DNA from: Octopus bimaculoides
Lineage: Eukaryota
Direction: 5' to 3'
Assembly: GCF_001194135.2 (NCBI RefSeq)
Contig: NC_068985.1
Span: 95,814,330 to 95,878,329 of the forward strand
DNA: 64,000 bases
Under the pieces are notes generated by a model. That model was not told the DNA's origin. It searched no databases and saw nothing but the letters and a program-made list of their open reading frames with translations. Below, in pieces: positions 50,463-62,862 of the stretch; positions within the stretch are counted from its first letter, which is position 1; every line of letters begins with the position of its first letter. Both the position numbers and the translations under genes were made by a program.

Positions 50463-53140
50463 AAAGAAATATACCCAGTGACATGTCACTGTTGAAAGTG
50501 TTGTTGTAGCACAAGAAGTAATGGAGACAGTAAGAAAATTATATTTATCAAACAAAACATTCTATAGAAAACTAAATAAATAACTATGAAAATGGCAATA
50601 CCATTATCAAATAGATTTTATTAATCCAGTGAATTTCGGAGATGCATAGTGATGTGGCAGGCAGCAAGAAAATAGCCTGGAAATGCATTAATCTTATCAA
50701 ATTTTTCATCTGGGTGGAGTATTTTTCACATTCCTTTAACTTTTGACATTAGTAGATAATGAGAAGCAAGCATTATATAAAGTAATCAAACGGGTGCAGT
50801 AGACTAATACAGGCAGCATTTACCGCATACATTAACAGGTGCCAAGATATGAATATTAATATATTTATGTTAACCAGTTTGGTCAGGTGTTGAAGAAGCA
50901 AAAGAAATAGGAAAATAATTCAATTGTTCTAAATCAGCAGTTCCCAGACTTTATTGAGCTACCGCCCCCTTGACACTCAGGTCACCCACCCACTCCAAGT
51001 AACTATCACAAAAAAAACCACTTTCTGAAGTAAATTCAAAACAACTGTATTCCACAAATAAAACTTAACCTAATGAACCCATTATTTTGTTGTTTTTACA
51101 TGAAATTCTACCCCACTTTTCTTCAATGCCCCCTTGGAATTTTCCACCACCCCTACCACCAGGGGTCCCTATGGCTGGATGCCCTTCCTAATGCCAACCA
51201 CTTTACAGAGTGTAGTGGGTGCTTTTTACATGACACCAGTGTGTGTGTGTATGCGTGTGTGTGTTCTTGTCTTGACATCAAGTGTTAGTTGTAAACGAGT
51301 ACCATTCATTTGTAGTAAACTGCAAAAACGTGTCTGGCCATGTGGGATTATTACAAGGATTGGCAAGAGGAAGAGCATTTGGCTACAGAAAATCTGCCTC
51401 AAGAGATTCAGTTTGATCTATGCAAGCACGGAAAAGTAAGTGTTGAGATGCAGATGATGATAAAGAATTCTTTATAAAAGCAACAAAATTTGGAATAAAA
51501 GTAAAAGTAAATAAACAAAACACAAAAAAAAAAACTAGAAGTGAAAACATAAACAGAAGCCCTTTAAAATAGGAAAATAGGACTTCAATTTGCAGCTGAC
51601 AAAATCATGAAGCATGAGCCACAGAGTGGATACGAAAATGGTCCCTCAGCCTGCAAGAAATAGCAGCCAAATTTTCTTTAAATCAACCCTATCTTAAAAA
51701 AAAAACCTGAGAAAAATGACATATCGTTAAAANNNNNNNNNNNNNNNNNNNNNNNNNNNNNNNNNNNNNNNNNNNNNNNNNNNNNNNNNNNNNNNNNNNN
51801 NNNNNNNNNNNNNNNNNNNNNNNNNNNNNNNNNNNNNNNNNNNNNNNNNNNNNNNNNNNNNNNNNNNNNNNNNNNNNNNNNNNNNNNNNNNNNNNNNNNN
51901 NNNNNNNNNNNNNNNNNNNNNNNNNNNNNNNNNNNNNNNNNNNNNNNNNNNNNNNNNNNNNNNNNNNNNNNNNNNNNNNNNNNNNNNNNNNNNNNNNNNN
52001 NNNNNNNNNNNNNNNNNNNNNNNNNNNNNNNNNNNNNNNNNNNNNNNNNNNNNNNNNNNNNNNNNNNNNNNNNNNNNNNNNNNNNNNNNNNNNNNNNNNN
52101 NNNNNNNNNNNNNNNNNNNNNNNNNNNNNNNNNNNNNNNNNNNNNNNNNNNNNNNNNNNNNNNNNAGTAACAATAATCCATCATCATCATCATCGTCATC
52201 GTTTAACGTCCGCTTTCCATGCTAGCATGGGTTGGACAATTTGACTGAGGACTGGTGAAACCGGATGGCAACACCAGGCTCCAATCTGATTTGGCAGAGT
52301 TTCTACAGCTGGATGCCCTTCCTAAAGCCAACCACTCCAAGAGTGTAGTGGGTGCTTTTTACGTGTCACCCGCACGAAGGCCAGTCAGGCGGTACTGGCA
52401 ACAGCCACGCTCAAAATGGTGTATTTTATGTGCCACCCGCACAAGAGCCAGTCCAGGGGCACTGGCAACAACCTCGCTTGAAAGTCCTTATATTGCTGAA
52501 ATAACTGTGTGGGTGGGGGTCGTTTCCTCATAAATGACATTACTTTTATTTAATTACACATGCATAAATGAAGACGTGTCTGTCATTAGTTGGGGTTAAA
52601 AAGCTTGCTTTCCGACCATGTGGTCTTGGGTTCAGTCCCACTGCACAGTAATTTAGCTGTTTTCTACTATAGCATTATACCAACCAAAATCCCTGTTGTG
52701 AGTGGATTTGGTAGATAGAAACTGAAAGAAGCCTACCATGTGTGTGTGTGTGTTTACCTGTTTTGACATCAGGTGTCACATGATGGTTGTATACAAGCAT
52801 CACCTCCATACAAGCAACATTGTTCATTATGGGGAAATATGACTTTGCCTGGAAACAGGTGAGGGTTAGCAACAGGAAGGGCATCCAGCCATAAAAATAT
52901 CTGTCTCAACAAATTCCATGTCACTCATGCAAGCATGAAAATGTGACTATCAAATGATGTATGCATGTGGGAAGGATGAATTGGGGCTTAAATATTACAA
53001 TCAACTTTGACACAAAGGTATTTTACAACATACTTTCATTTTAATTGCCTTTCCTAGAGCAGAGTCACATAGGTGACTATGAAGAAGAATTTGAGAATCA
53101 TAACATGTACGAAAGCAGTAGGTGTATACTAATTGCTTAA

Positions 53141-53610
53141 CCCATAAAGCGCTGGAATTTGCACTTACATAGCATGGACTGCTGAGCACATTTTATGAAA
53201 ATGAGACTACTATGCACACATAAAAAACAAAAAAATAGTTAAAATATCTTCTTAGTATACAATGGTGGCAAGTTTTACATCATCTGAAAAGTCATTAGTT
53301 GAACTATTAGTCCNNNNNNNNNNNNNNNNNNNNNNNNNNNNNNNNNNNNNNNNNNNNNNNNNNNNNNNNNNNNNNNNNNNNNNNNNNNNNNNNNNNNNNN
53401 NNNNNNNNNNNNNNNNNNNNNNNNNNNNNNNNNNNNNNNNNNNNNNNNNNNNNNNNNNNNNNNNNNNNNNNNNNNNNNNNNNNNNNNNNNNNNNNNNNNN
53501 NNNNAGCGTTTGAGTGACATAAGACCCTAATAAACACCTATAAATTAAATGATTGTGGCCTGTCGACCTGTGCCCGACAGCCACAATCATGGCCCGTAGC
53601 GCTTTATATG
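53141..53610. mobile_element. piggyBac-like MITE family E2 spanning a gap
   Basis: TTAA|CCCATAAAGCGCT ... AGCGCTTTATATG|TTAA, with a subterminal hairpin at 53549-53590. Confidence 0.75.
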
Positions 53611-55863
53611 TTAAAGATAAAACTTGGATTTGTCGACTGAAAGAATCTACTTGTTGGTCAATCCTTGAGATTTTGAAAGCTACCACCAGTATGTGATTTT
53701 TCTATCCAAATCAGAAGCAGGTTTGTTTCATGCACTGTTAAATTGTTGTGGGATGGGTCACAGCAATGTCAAATATACAAAGCAGCAGCTTTAGAGTTGG
53801 ATCTTCTTGCGTCCTCGATAGAAACTTGAATGACACTCTTGCATTTACAAAATGTTCCAGAGCTTGAAGTTGACCTCTGTTCATTTCAGTGTTTTATGTA
53901 ATTTCAGATCAATTGGGATTCTTTCAAGTTCCCAAATTGTCCAAAAGCAGAAGATCATTGACTGCAGCATACACTAAATGGTAAGAAACAGTTAGGAAGT
54001 TTATAAATCCATGATGAGACACCTCTCAGTCTCTGAAATAAAACTTCCCTTCAACAGTTCATCCCTGGGCTGTATGTACCAGATACGTTTTTTTTAAAAT
54101 CACATCCAGATATTACCAACAATAACAACCACAGAGAACTTAAGCAATCATTTGAAAAGAAACTAAACAAAGACTAGCAAAATGTTTTTGACACATCAAT
54201 GGATGCCACACAAAACAACCACCCACATCCTAGTAGTTTATTTGCTAATGGTCCTGGCAAACCTATAAAGAGCTATTTTAATCTAAGACTTGGAGTATGT
54301 GGAACAACCAGTTGTCATTGTAGCATTTACAGGACTGGTTACATTGTTCTATAGCTCCTTCAACTTTCCAATTCCCACAATTTGTATAGAAAGGAATTGG
54401 GGGTTGGCACTCCGTCGCTTACAACGTCGAGGGTTCCAGTTGATCCGATCAACGGAACAGCCTGCTCGTGAAATTAACGTGCAAGTGGCTGAGCACTCCA
54501 CAGACATGTGTACCCTTAACGTAGTTCTCGAGGATATTCAGCGTGACACAGTGTGACAAGGCTGACCCTTTGAATTACAGGCACAACAGAAACAGGAAGT
54601 AAGAGTGAGAGAAAGTTGTGGTGACAGAGTACAGCAGGGTTTGCCACCATCCCCTGCCGGAGCCTCGTGGAGCTTTAGGTGTTTTCGCTTAATAAACACA
54701 ACGCCCAGTCTGGGAATTGAAACCGTGATCCTATGACCGCGAGTTCGCTGGCCTAACCACTGGGCCATTGCGCCTCCACAAAAAGGAATTATATTGGCAG
54801 TATTGATATTAGCAGCAAAGTGAGACAATTGTTAAGGTATACATATGATGTGGTTGGTTGCACATTTCATGATATTTAGTAAAACAAAATAACATGAGGT
54901 GATTTTTGACAAACATTTCCAATCTAAAAGAAAGCTGAAATAGCTTCTGTACTCGTACAGAATTGGGACTTATTCCTTGTTTTAGAAGAGAGCGACAGAA
55001 TTGAAATTTACCAAAAATAAGCAACTACAAACCCTGTAGAAATGTGAGTAGGCTTTAAAAAAATTTTTGGGAGCTTCTGAATAGCCTTGGGGTTGTATAG
55101 AATAGAGGTGTATTGATATATCAATTTTTAGCAGCATATTAGATCTTGCAAATTCCACAGACTAAACAATACTAAAAATATTGATGATGTAATTGAGTCT
55201 ACAAATTAAGAAATTAACATATTTTATGAAGAATCAGTCTTTTACAAAAAAGTATTGATTCCTGCAATAATGAAGGCAATCTCTACAATACAAATATCCA
55301 ATAACTTCCTAAACAACTGTAATAGTGTTAAAATGTCCCTCCATACTTTAACCTTGAAAAAGGAGTTTGTTGTAATATTAAAGGGAAATTTCAATAGGGA
55401 TCAGGTCATTTGCAGTTTGTGAGAAAACAGGAATTTGAAGAAGCCCTTTATATGGGAGCAAGTGTAAGAGCAACATTGTTACCTAATGTGAAACATTATG
55501 GAGAACATGCCACGGTGCCAAGAATTCAATAGACTTCTAACATTCATGCTTATATGATTATGCTTTCCTGTAAAATAGAGGTAGTCAGTAAATCACTATC
55601 ATCATCATCATCATCAAGGTAGATTGTCTATGGCCAGGTGCCCTTCCTGTTGGCAACCCTTACCTGTTTCCAAGTAAGGAAACATTGTCTTTTGCTGGGT
55701 CATTTTATTCTTTTGTTTCCAGTACCGCCTTTAGTCGAGCAAATCAACTCCAGGACTTATTCTTTGTAAACCTAGTACTTATTCTATCGGTCTCTCTTGC
55801 TGAACCGCTAAGTTACGGAGACATAAACACACCAATATCAGTTGTCAAGCGATGGTTGGGGAA

Positions 55864-55896
<33 letters not shown>

Positions 55897-57714
55897 TGTG
55901 TGTAGGTGCATGGCTCAGTGGTTAGTGTTGAACTTAAGACCATGAGGTTGTGAGTTTGAATCCCGGACAAACACGTCTATATTCATACTGTGTAGCATGA
56001 GCACAGAGACACGCACACATCTGAAATAAACTTCTCTTTCTTATATAGGTGCAGACGTGGCTGTGTGGTAAGGCGTTTGCTTTCCAAACCACATGGTTCC
56101 GGATTCAGTCCTACTGCACTCTGGGCAAGTGTCTTCTGCAATAGCCCTGGGCTATAAGAATCAAAGCCTTTTCAATTGGTAGATAAAAACAGAAAGAAGC
56201 CTTTTGTGTGTGTGTATGTGTGTCCCAGCTATTGCTTGTAGGTTTGTTTATATCCCATACCTTGAAGGCTTGGCAAAAAGCAACTAATAGAATAAGTATT
56301 AGGCTTTAAAAAGACAAAAACTACTGGGGTTTGCCAAAATTTTTCAAGGCGGTGCCCCAGCATGGTCGCAGTCTAACAGCTGAAACAAGTAAAAGATAGA
56401 AGATACTATCTAAGGAATGTAAAGAAGACTTACACTATTATCTGTTTACCTATCTTCCCAGCTTGCTGGACAACATTTCTTCAATACCTTATAGTAAAAG
56501 AAAATAAACTATCGCTGTGAATCAGACCAAATAGCTGTCTCTTTCATAAATTCCTCCATTCACCGAAGTAGTAATTATACTTGTCAGACAATAATTAGAA
56601 TAATTGCCCTGTTTGGTCAGGTTCCAAAATTTGGCCTTCTTATAAATTGCTCAAATGCTAAACATACGATTAAGAAACTCGTTTGTTTCACAATGCACCA
56701 TGGTCAGAAATGATTTTATAGAAAGATGTTACTTTTTCTGGTCAGATGATTTTATTGCATTTAAAAATACTTTTAGAAATCAGAATAACACCTTGTATTC
56801 TGATATCACACTGTGATCCAGTTGTTTTTTTTTTTTGTTTTTTTTTTAATTTCTAGCAAAAGAAAAAATAAAAGATACATACTGCCCTAGAACACTCCAA
56901 TACCTAACAGATTTCTAGTTCTTTTCATCAAAATAGAACACAAAATAATACATTACACAGAGATTATAGTCTTATATCTGCATAAATTTTGTTTTTTAAC
57001 TTCTGCAACAATTTGTTCCCTACTAAATTCTGTAAATCTTACCCAAGATCTTGCATAAAATCCTTAACATGTCATAGATTATTTTTTGTATTTTTTAAAA
57101 ATATTTTTAGTTCAACCAGTTGTTATCAGGTTGAGATAACCATTCACAGTTATCTTTAAAAGCCCAGCTATTTTCTATTTTTGCAATATTATATACCAGA
57201 TAAACACACCAAGTAGAGAAAACTTGGAGTCATACAGAGCAGAAACCAACAATTCTTATCAAAGCTGCTGAAATCTGTCTAACAGCTTCTTCGTATCAAA
57301 TTGTCTCCACTTCCATGATCTTTAACCAGCACACACACACAGACACACATATTCTAGTACTACTAGATGTGTATATTAAGTATATTCAGACTCTCATATA
57401 GTGTAAAAATCAGTAACTGAAAAAAATCAACACCATCACAAGGAGGATGCTGGAGAAAGGGAATATATCAAAGTAAAGAATTCTGACAATGATAACATAT
57501 TCAGACTTCAGTATTTATATGGAGAATGTCAAGTCAGGTTTCGTAACTTGAAGCCAAGTACACAGAATTGCTAGATATAAGATGGGGGCGGGGGAACAAA
57601 ACACACAAACAAGGGAATCACTTAAAAACGGAGACTTATAGAAAATGTTAGAAACAGCAGTCAAATTTCCTTTAAATCAGACCGTCATTGTTTCAATGCT
57701 CACTTTTCCAGGCT

Positions 57715-57771
57715 TGCATTGATAGTCCAGACAATGCATTGATAGTCCAGACAATGCATTGATAGTCCAGA
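57715..57771 (+). repeat. 20-bp tandem repeat, about 2.9 copies (tgcattgatagtccagacaa)
   Basis: Directly visible; units are identical. Confidence 0.95.
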
Positions 57772-58489
57772 ATTGACCAAGGCAAATGTTCTACAGCTTG
57801 ATGCTTTTCCTGTTGCTAACACTTATGGTTTCCAAGCAAGATGGTAATACTTCTCAGTAGCCGGAGACATTTTCATGAAAGATTGGAAATTAAGGACCCT
57901 GGGTGAATGGTAGTGATGCTCATTTACAATTATCATATGATAATCAAGACAAAGAGACAAACACGTATCTTTTATCTTTTACTTGTTTCAGTCATTAGAC
58001 TGCGACCATACTGGAGCACTGCCTTGAAGAATTTTAGACAAAGACTGGTACTTATTCTATCAGTCTCTTTCACCAAACCATTAATTTAGAGGGACATGAA
58101 TACACCAGCACCAGTTGTCAAGTGGTACNNNNNNNNNNACACACACACACACACACAAACACACACAAAGCTTCTTTTTAGGGTTTTTTTAGTTTCTGTC
58201 TACGAAATCCACTTGCGAGGCTTTGGTTAAGGCCCTGGTCCTATAAAAGACACTAGCTCAAGACATCACACAGTGGTACTGAACTCTGAACCCAAGAATG
58301 CTTGACCGGGAAGTAAGCTTCTCAACCATACAACCACATCTGAGTCTTGCATTATTCATAAATATGAAGGATCTCATTTTTGCATTTGCTACTTGGAGAA
58401 TATTCGAGGATTTATTAAAATATATCCCACCAGTAATGGGTGGGATGAACTATAAAAGTTTAAATTTTAGCAATGGAATATTGAATTAT

Positions 58490-59275
58490 TAATCCCCAGG
58501 AAACTATTCAGAAATGTGCAACCAGACAAATACTCAGGTATCTACAATACTCTTGAACATCTTGCTTCTCTGGACACACTAAAGCTCCGACATCCAGCAA
58601 CTGACTTCATAGACACCCACAAGATTATCCACCAAAAGGCGGGGAGCTGGCAGAAACGTTAGCACGCCGGGCGAAAAGCTTAACGATATTTCCTCTGCTG
58701 CTACGTTCTGAGTTCAAATTCCGCCGAGGTCGACTTTGCTTTTCATCTTTTCGGAGTTGATTAAATAAATACCAGTTACGCACTGGCGTCGATATAATAG
58801 ACTTAATCCCTTTGTCTGTCCTTGTTTGTCCCCTCTCTGTGTAGCCCTTTGTGGGCAGTAAAGAAATAACAACATTATCCACCATCTTTCCAACAGCAAC
58901 AACAACCTCGGACACCTTTTTGAATTCCATACATCTAACACTCACGGACATTCTTACAAAATCGAAAAACGAGTACAACACCCATGACTTTTGGAAACAT
59001 TTTTTCATCTTCAGAATTACTAAAGCATGGATAAACCACCCACATCACTTGTTAGCTGTTGGGACACTACATCCTCCAAATACTTCCATGCTTCCTGAAA
59101 TTCTCCAGCAATACACCTGATGTTCCCCTCATCCTTTTAGTTTTTTAACAAGTCATTCACTGATCACTTCCTGTGCATTATTTTACGTAATGTGCATGGG
59201 TACATTTGGCTACTCTTTCTGATAAGCAGTAGTGCATCTGAGCATTGTATACAAGTTCATTATTATTATTATTTA
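58490..59275 (+). mobile_element. Second CR1-clade LINE 3' remnant with (ATT)n end, interrupted by a B2 SINE
   Basis: ETIQKCATRQI / LDTLKLRHPATDFIDTHKII|HHL..FEFHTSNTHGHSYKIEK / HDFWKHFFIFRITKAW. The frame is restored when the SINE and one TSD are removed. Confidence 0.8.
58635..58873 (+). mobile_element. Family B2 SINE with 11-bp TSD
   Basis: attatccacca at 58624-58634 and 58874-58884. Confidence 0.9.
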
Positions 59276-61062
59276 ATCTAACAAAGCAGTCACTTTTATT
59301 TTACTGAATATGACACTTAATTCCACTTATTTCAAGATTACCAAACAGGAGAATTAGAACTGGGCCGTGTGGAGGAGTCACTTGTAAAATATACAGAAAC
59401 AATTGTTTCTTAATTATTTCAGCTTTTTGTCAACAAATGTTTGTTGAAATATAACACACAACTTTAGTTTCAATTAATTTTTAAATACTGAGGAGTAACT
59501 GGGTTGTAAGTAGCTTGCTTACCAACCACATGGTCCTGGGTTCAGTCCTACTGCGTGGCACCTTGGGCAAGTGACTTCTACTATAGTCTCGGGCCGACCA
59601 AAGCCTTGTGAGTGGATTTGGTAAACGGAAACTAGAAGAAGCCCGTCATATATGTGTGTGTGTGTGTATGTTTGTGTGTCTGTGTTTGTCCCCCGTAACT
59701 TAACGGATCAGCAAAAGAGCCCGATAGAATAAGTACTAGGCTTACAAAGAATAAGCTCTGGGGTCGATTTGCTTGACTAAAGGTGGTGCTCCAGCATGGC
59801 CGCAGTCAAATCTCTCAAATTAAAAGAAGGATACATTAGATGGTCTAGTCCCAGATACACTATGCATGATGAAGTAGTTAGTAGGATTATATCTAAAACG
59901 TTTTGTTTTGTTTTTTATGCTGAATCAGGACTTGCCTTGAGCTGTACAACAACAATCTAGATCAGTGACCATTATTTTTCTCAGCACATATGTAACTCAA
60001 ACCCACTCCCCCTATTTTTAAACAGGTCCCCAACTACAGCCCTTTCATTCCTTCAGTACTAATTAGGTCAAGCCTGGTAGTAGTGAGGATAATATCTGTA
60101 ACAAATGTTTCATAATGTCTGACAACGTAGTGTATGTGTGTGTGTGTGGGCATTTTGTTTTGTTTGCTTGGGGTGGTGAGGATAATGGCAGTGGCCTCAG
60201 GTTAGCAATAATCCAGTAGACTTATGATTAAAATCTGCCCATTCAGAGTTATACTGCACTACTGAATATAGCTGTAGCCAACCCTGTTTGTCAAAGGCAA
60301 ATGTAAACATTGTTTATACAGGCACAGGAGTGGCTGTGCGGTAAGTAGCTTGCTTACCAACCACATGGTCCCGGGTTCAATTCCACTGTGTGGCACTTTG
60401 GGCAAGTGTCTTCTTTTTTTAAACAATCCACTATCTTTGTACAATTAAAAAAAAAGGGTGAGTTTTAAACAATACACTTAAATAATAAATACTATGTTCT
60501 CCTGTAATAAGACAGTCATGTGCCCCTCAAAGAGTAACATGAGCATAAACATATTTAAATACACCATCATTTTCAAAATCAAGTTAATGTTCTGGACAAA
60601 AAAAAGTTTTACAGAAGGTATACTTTTACTAGATACATCAGTAAAGTCCTTCAAAGGTTATTTCAAAAATTGCTCTTGGTTTAAAGAAATTGCAAACTTT
60701 TGTAAATGTATTTTATATAGCAATTATAATAAACCTGACTAAACATTTTTTTTCCATACATTATAATATGAAAAAGAATCAGTAAATAATATTTATACAG
60801 AAGATTTTTTTAAGTATTTCATTGCTCAGAACAAGTGGTTTGTTTGTATTATACATGAATATGTGAAGTCATAAAACCGAAAAAAGTTAAGGTAAAGATT
60901 CCATGCTTGCTCATTAAATAAAGAAAAATAAAATAAACAATGAAATAATTAACCATAACTGACATTTATTTAACAGTTTGTACCACATGTTGGTTGGTTG
61001 GTTGATTGGTCGGTATGAAAAAAGTTAAAATCAATTTAGAGTAGATATAAAGGATAACTTAC

Positions 61063-61333
61063 CTGGAAGTTTTTTCTCAAGAGCAAATTCATTGCTCAAG
61101 AACCATTGGCAATTGTCCGACATTGAAGATGATTCCCTGCAGTAAAGCCATAATCCACAATCACAACTTTGGAACACTGTGGTACAAGGACATACAATTT
61201 CCTTCGGTGAAAGTATATTTGAATCACTAAAAGCTGGATAAAGAACCCAACTAGGTGTGGTGAAAGAAACTATTATTGTCACAGTGGTTATCAGGACACA
61301 GAGAATTACGGTGACAAGAAGACAAGAAGCCAT
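61063..61333 (-). CDS. First coding exon (90 codons + 1 nt, phase-1 donor) of a claudin/PMP-22/EMP/MP20-superfamily tetraspan membrane protein
   Basis: Translation MASCLLVTVILCVLITTVTIIVSFTTPSWVLYP...CDCGLWLYC...DNCQWFLSNEFALEKKLP has an N-terminal hydrophobic helix, TPSW, and the W...GLW..C...C signature of the superfamily. Start context is acaATGG, with an in-frame TAG upstream in the UTR. Donor CCAG|GTAAGT at 61063/61062. Confidence 0.85.
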
Positions 61334-61498
61334 TGTTGGAACCCAGATGTAATTGTTCCTTCTTTTAAATGTTGTTCACTTGAGTATAGTTGGCAAAATC
61401 CCAAAGAATCAAAGTTGCTTTCTTTGCACAAGTGTATCTATCCAATTTTCTAAGATCGGTAACTGAAGTTTCTATCTTTTAAAAACAGCAAACAATAT
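61334..61498 (-). other. 5' UTR part of the same exon, opened by a strong splice acceptor; implies a further upstream non-coding exon not identified in the window
   Basis: Minus strand reads ctgtatttttcttctgcag|ATATTG (AG at 61500-61499). No ATG in the 165 nt before the start codon. Confidence 0.7.
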
Positions 61499-61699
61499 CT
61501 GCAGAAGAAAAATACAGTTGAGATATTAGAAAAATGAAAAGCATGTGTGTGTGTGTATATACATCATCATCATCATCATCATCGTTTAACGTCCGCTTTC
61601 CATGCTAGCATGGGTTGGACGATTTGACTGAGGACTGGTGNNNNNNNNNNTATATATATAAATCGTAAATCCAAAAAATAAGAACAAAACTACAAAGGA

Positions 61700-61786
61700 T
61701 TCCGCGGTACACGTGTTTCAAGCTTTATATGTGTATAATATAATATGTGTATAATTTACAATGTAAAGCTATCCTCAACTGCAAAA
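61700..61786 (-). ncRNA. Decayed minimal type-I hammerhead ribozyme (Penelope-like-element type)
   Basis: Minus strand: ttttgcag (stem I) TTGAGGA (core CTGAnGA with C>T) t AGCTTTA...TAAAGCT (stem II) t GAAA, palindromic ACACGTGT (stem III), GTA triplet, ccgcggaa (stem I', 7 of 8 pairs including G-U). Confidence 0.6.
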
Positions 61787-62447
61787 TTATTCCTCTCCCA
61801 GGAAATTATACCACCTCGGCGTTGAAGTAGGAAGTGTGTAGTGTTAAGTTGGTGGTTAAGAACAATACAATACAATAAAAAGACATACACAGATATTCAT
61901 ATAAAAAAGTAAGAATAAACTTAAAATAAAATAAAATAAAAAATAAATAAATAAAAAGTAAAGGGAGTCATATCGGTGGGGCGGGTAATCTAGGAAGTAA
62001 TAAGAGAAAGTCTGGATAGTCAAGTAAGCTACATCTGAGCTATTTAGATGGGTTGGTGAAGGGTGGTGAGGAACAATCTATATATATATATATATTCACA
62101 TACAGAAGAACAAGTCCCCGTAACTTATCGGTTCGGCAAAAAGGAACCGATAGAATAAGTACTAGGCTTACAAAGAATAAGTCCTGGGGTTTGTTTGACT
62201 GAAAGGCAGTGATCCAGCATGGCCGCAGTCAAATGACTGAAGCAGGTAAAAAGAATGAATAGAATAAAAAAATAGAATTTCAGCTATGACTAACATTTAG
62301 GAAGATTGAAAAACAAAATGTTAGAAATTTCAATGTGCCATTTGTTAAGGTGTCAGCACTGTTCTTATATTCCAAACATGAATATGATCAACCTTATTCT
62401 TAACTCAACTATAACAGGTCTAACATGAAAATATGTCTAATCCCAAT

Positions 62448-62862
62448 GTGGTGAGCTGGCAGAAGCGTCAGCACGCTGGGCGAAATACAGTATTTCGTCT
62501 ATCGTAGAGTTCAAATTCCACCGAGGTCGACTTTGCCTTTCATCTTCTCGGGGGGTTGATAAATTAAGTACCAGTTACGTACTGGTGTCAGTCTAATCGA
62601 CTGACCCCCTCCAAAAATTTTGGATCTTGTGCCTAGAGTAGAAAAGAATATTTTAAAGGCGGCGAGCTGGCAGAAATGTTAGCATGCCGTGCAAAATGCT
62701 TAACGGTATTTCGTCTGTCCTTACATTCAGAGTTCAAATTCCGCCGAGGTCGACTTTGCTTTTCATCCTTTCGGGATGGATAAATTAAGTACCAGTTGCG
62801 TATTGGGGTTAATCTAATCGACTGGCCCCCTCCAAAAATTTTGAGCCTAGAGTAGAAAAGAA
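62448..62862 (+). mobile_element. Two head-to-tail family B SINEs
   Basis: Junction agagtagaaaagaatatttt|aaaggcggcgagctggc. Confidence 0.88.

Noticed and set aside
50104-50555. Overlapping Ser/Leu/Pro-rich and Arg/Glu-rich ORFs
   Set aside because: Translations of a purine-rich low-complexity tract.
53908-53980. Plus-strand exon-like segment (atttcag|...|gtaaga) with one open frame
   Set aside because: Isolated, no other + strand exons, no recognisable peptide, and it overlaps probable transposon debris.
56450-56510. Third AG|GT juxtaposition on the minus strand (ttttactataAG|GTATTG)
   Set aside because: AAG acceptor and a weak donor; too common by chance to report as a ratchet point.
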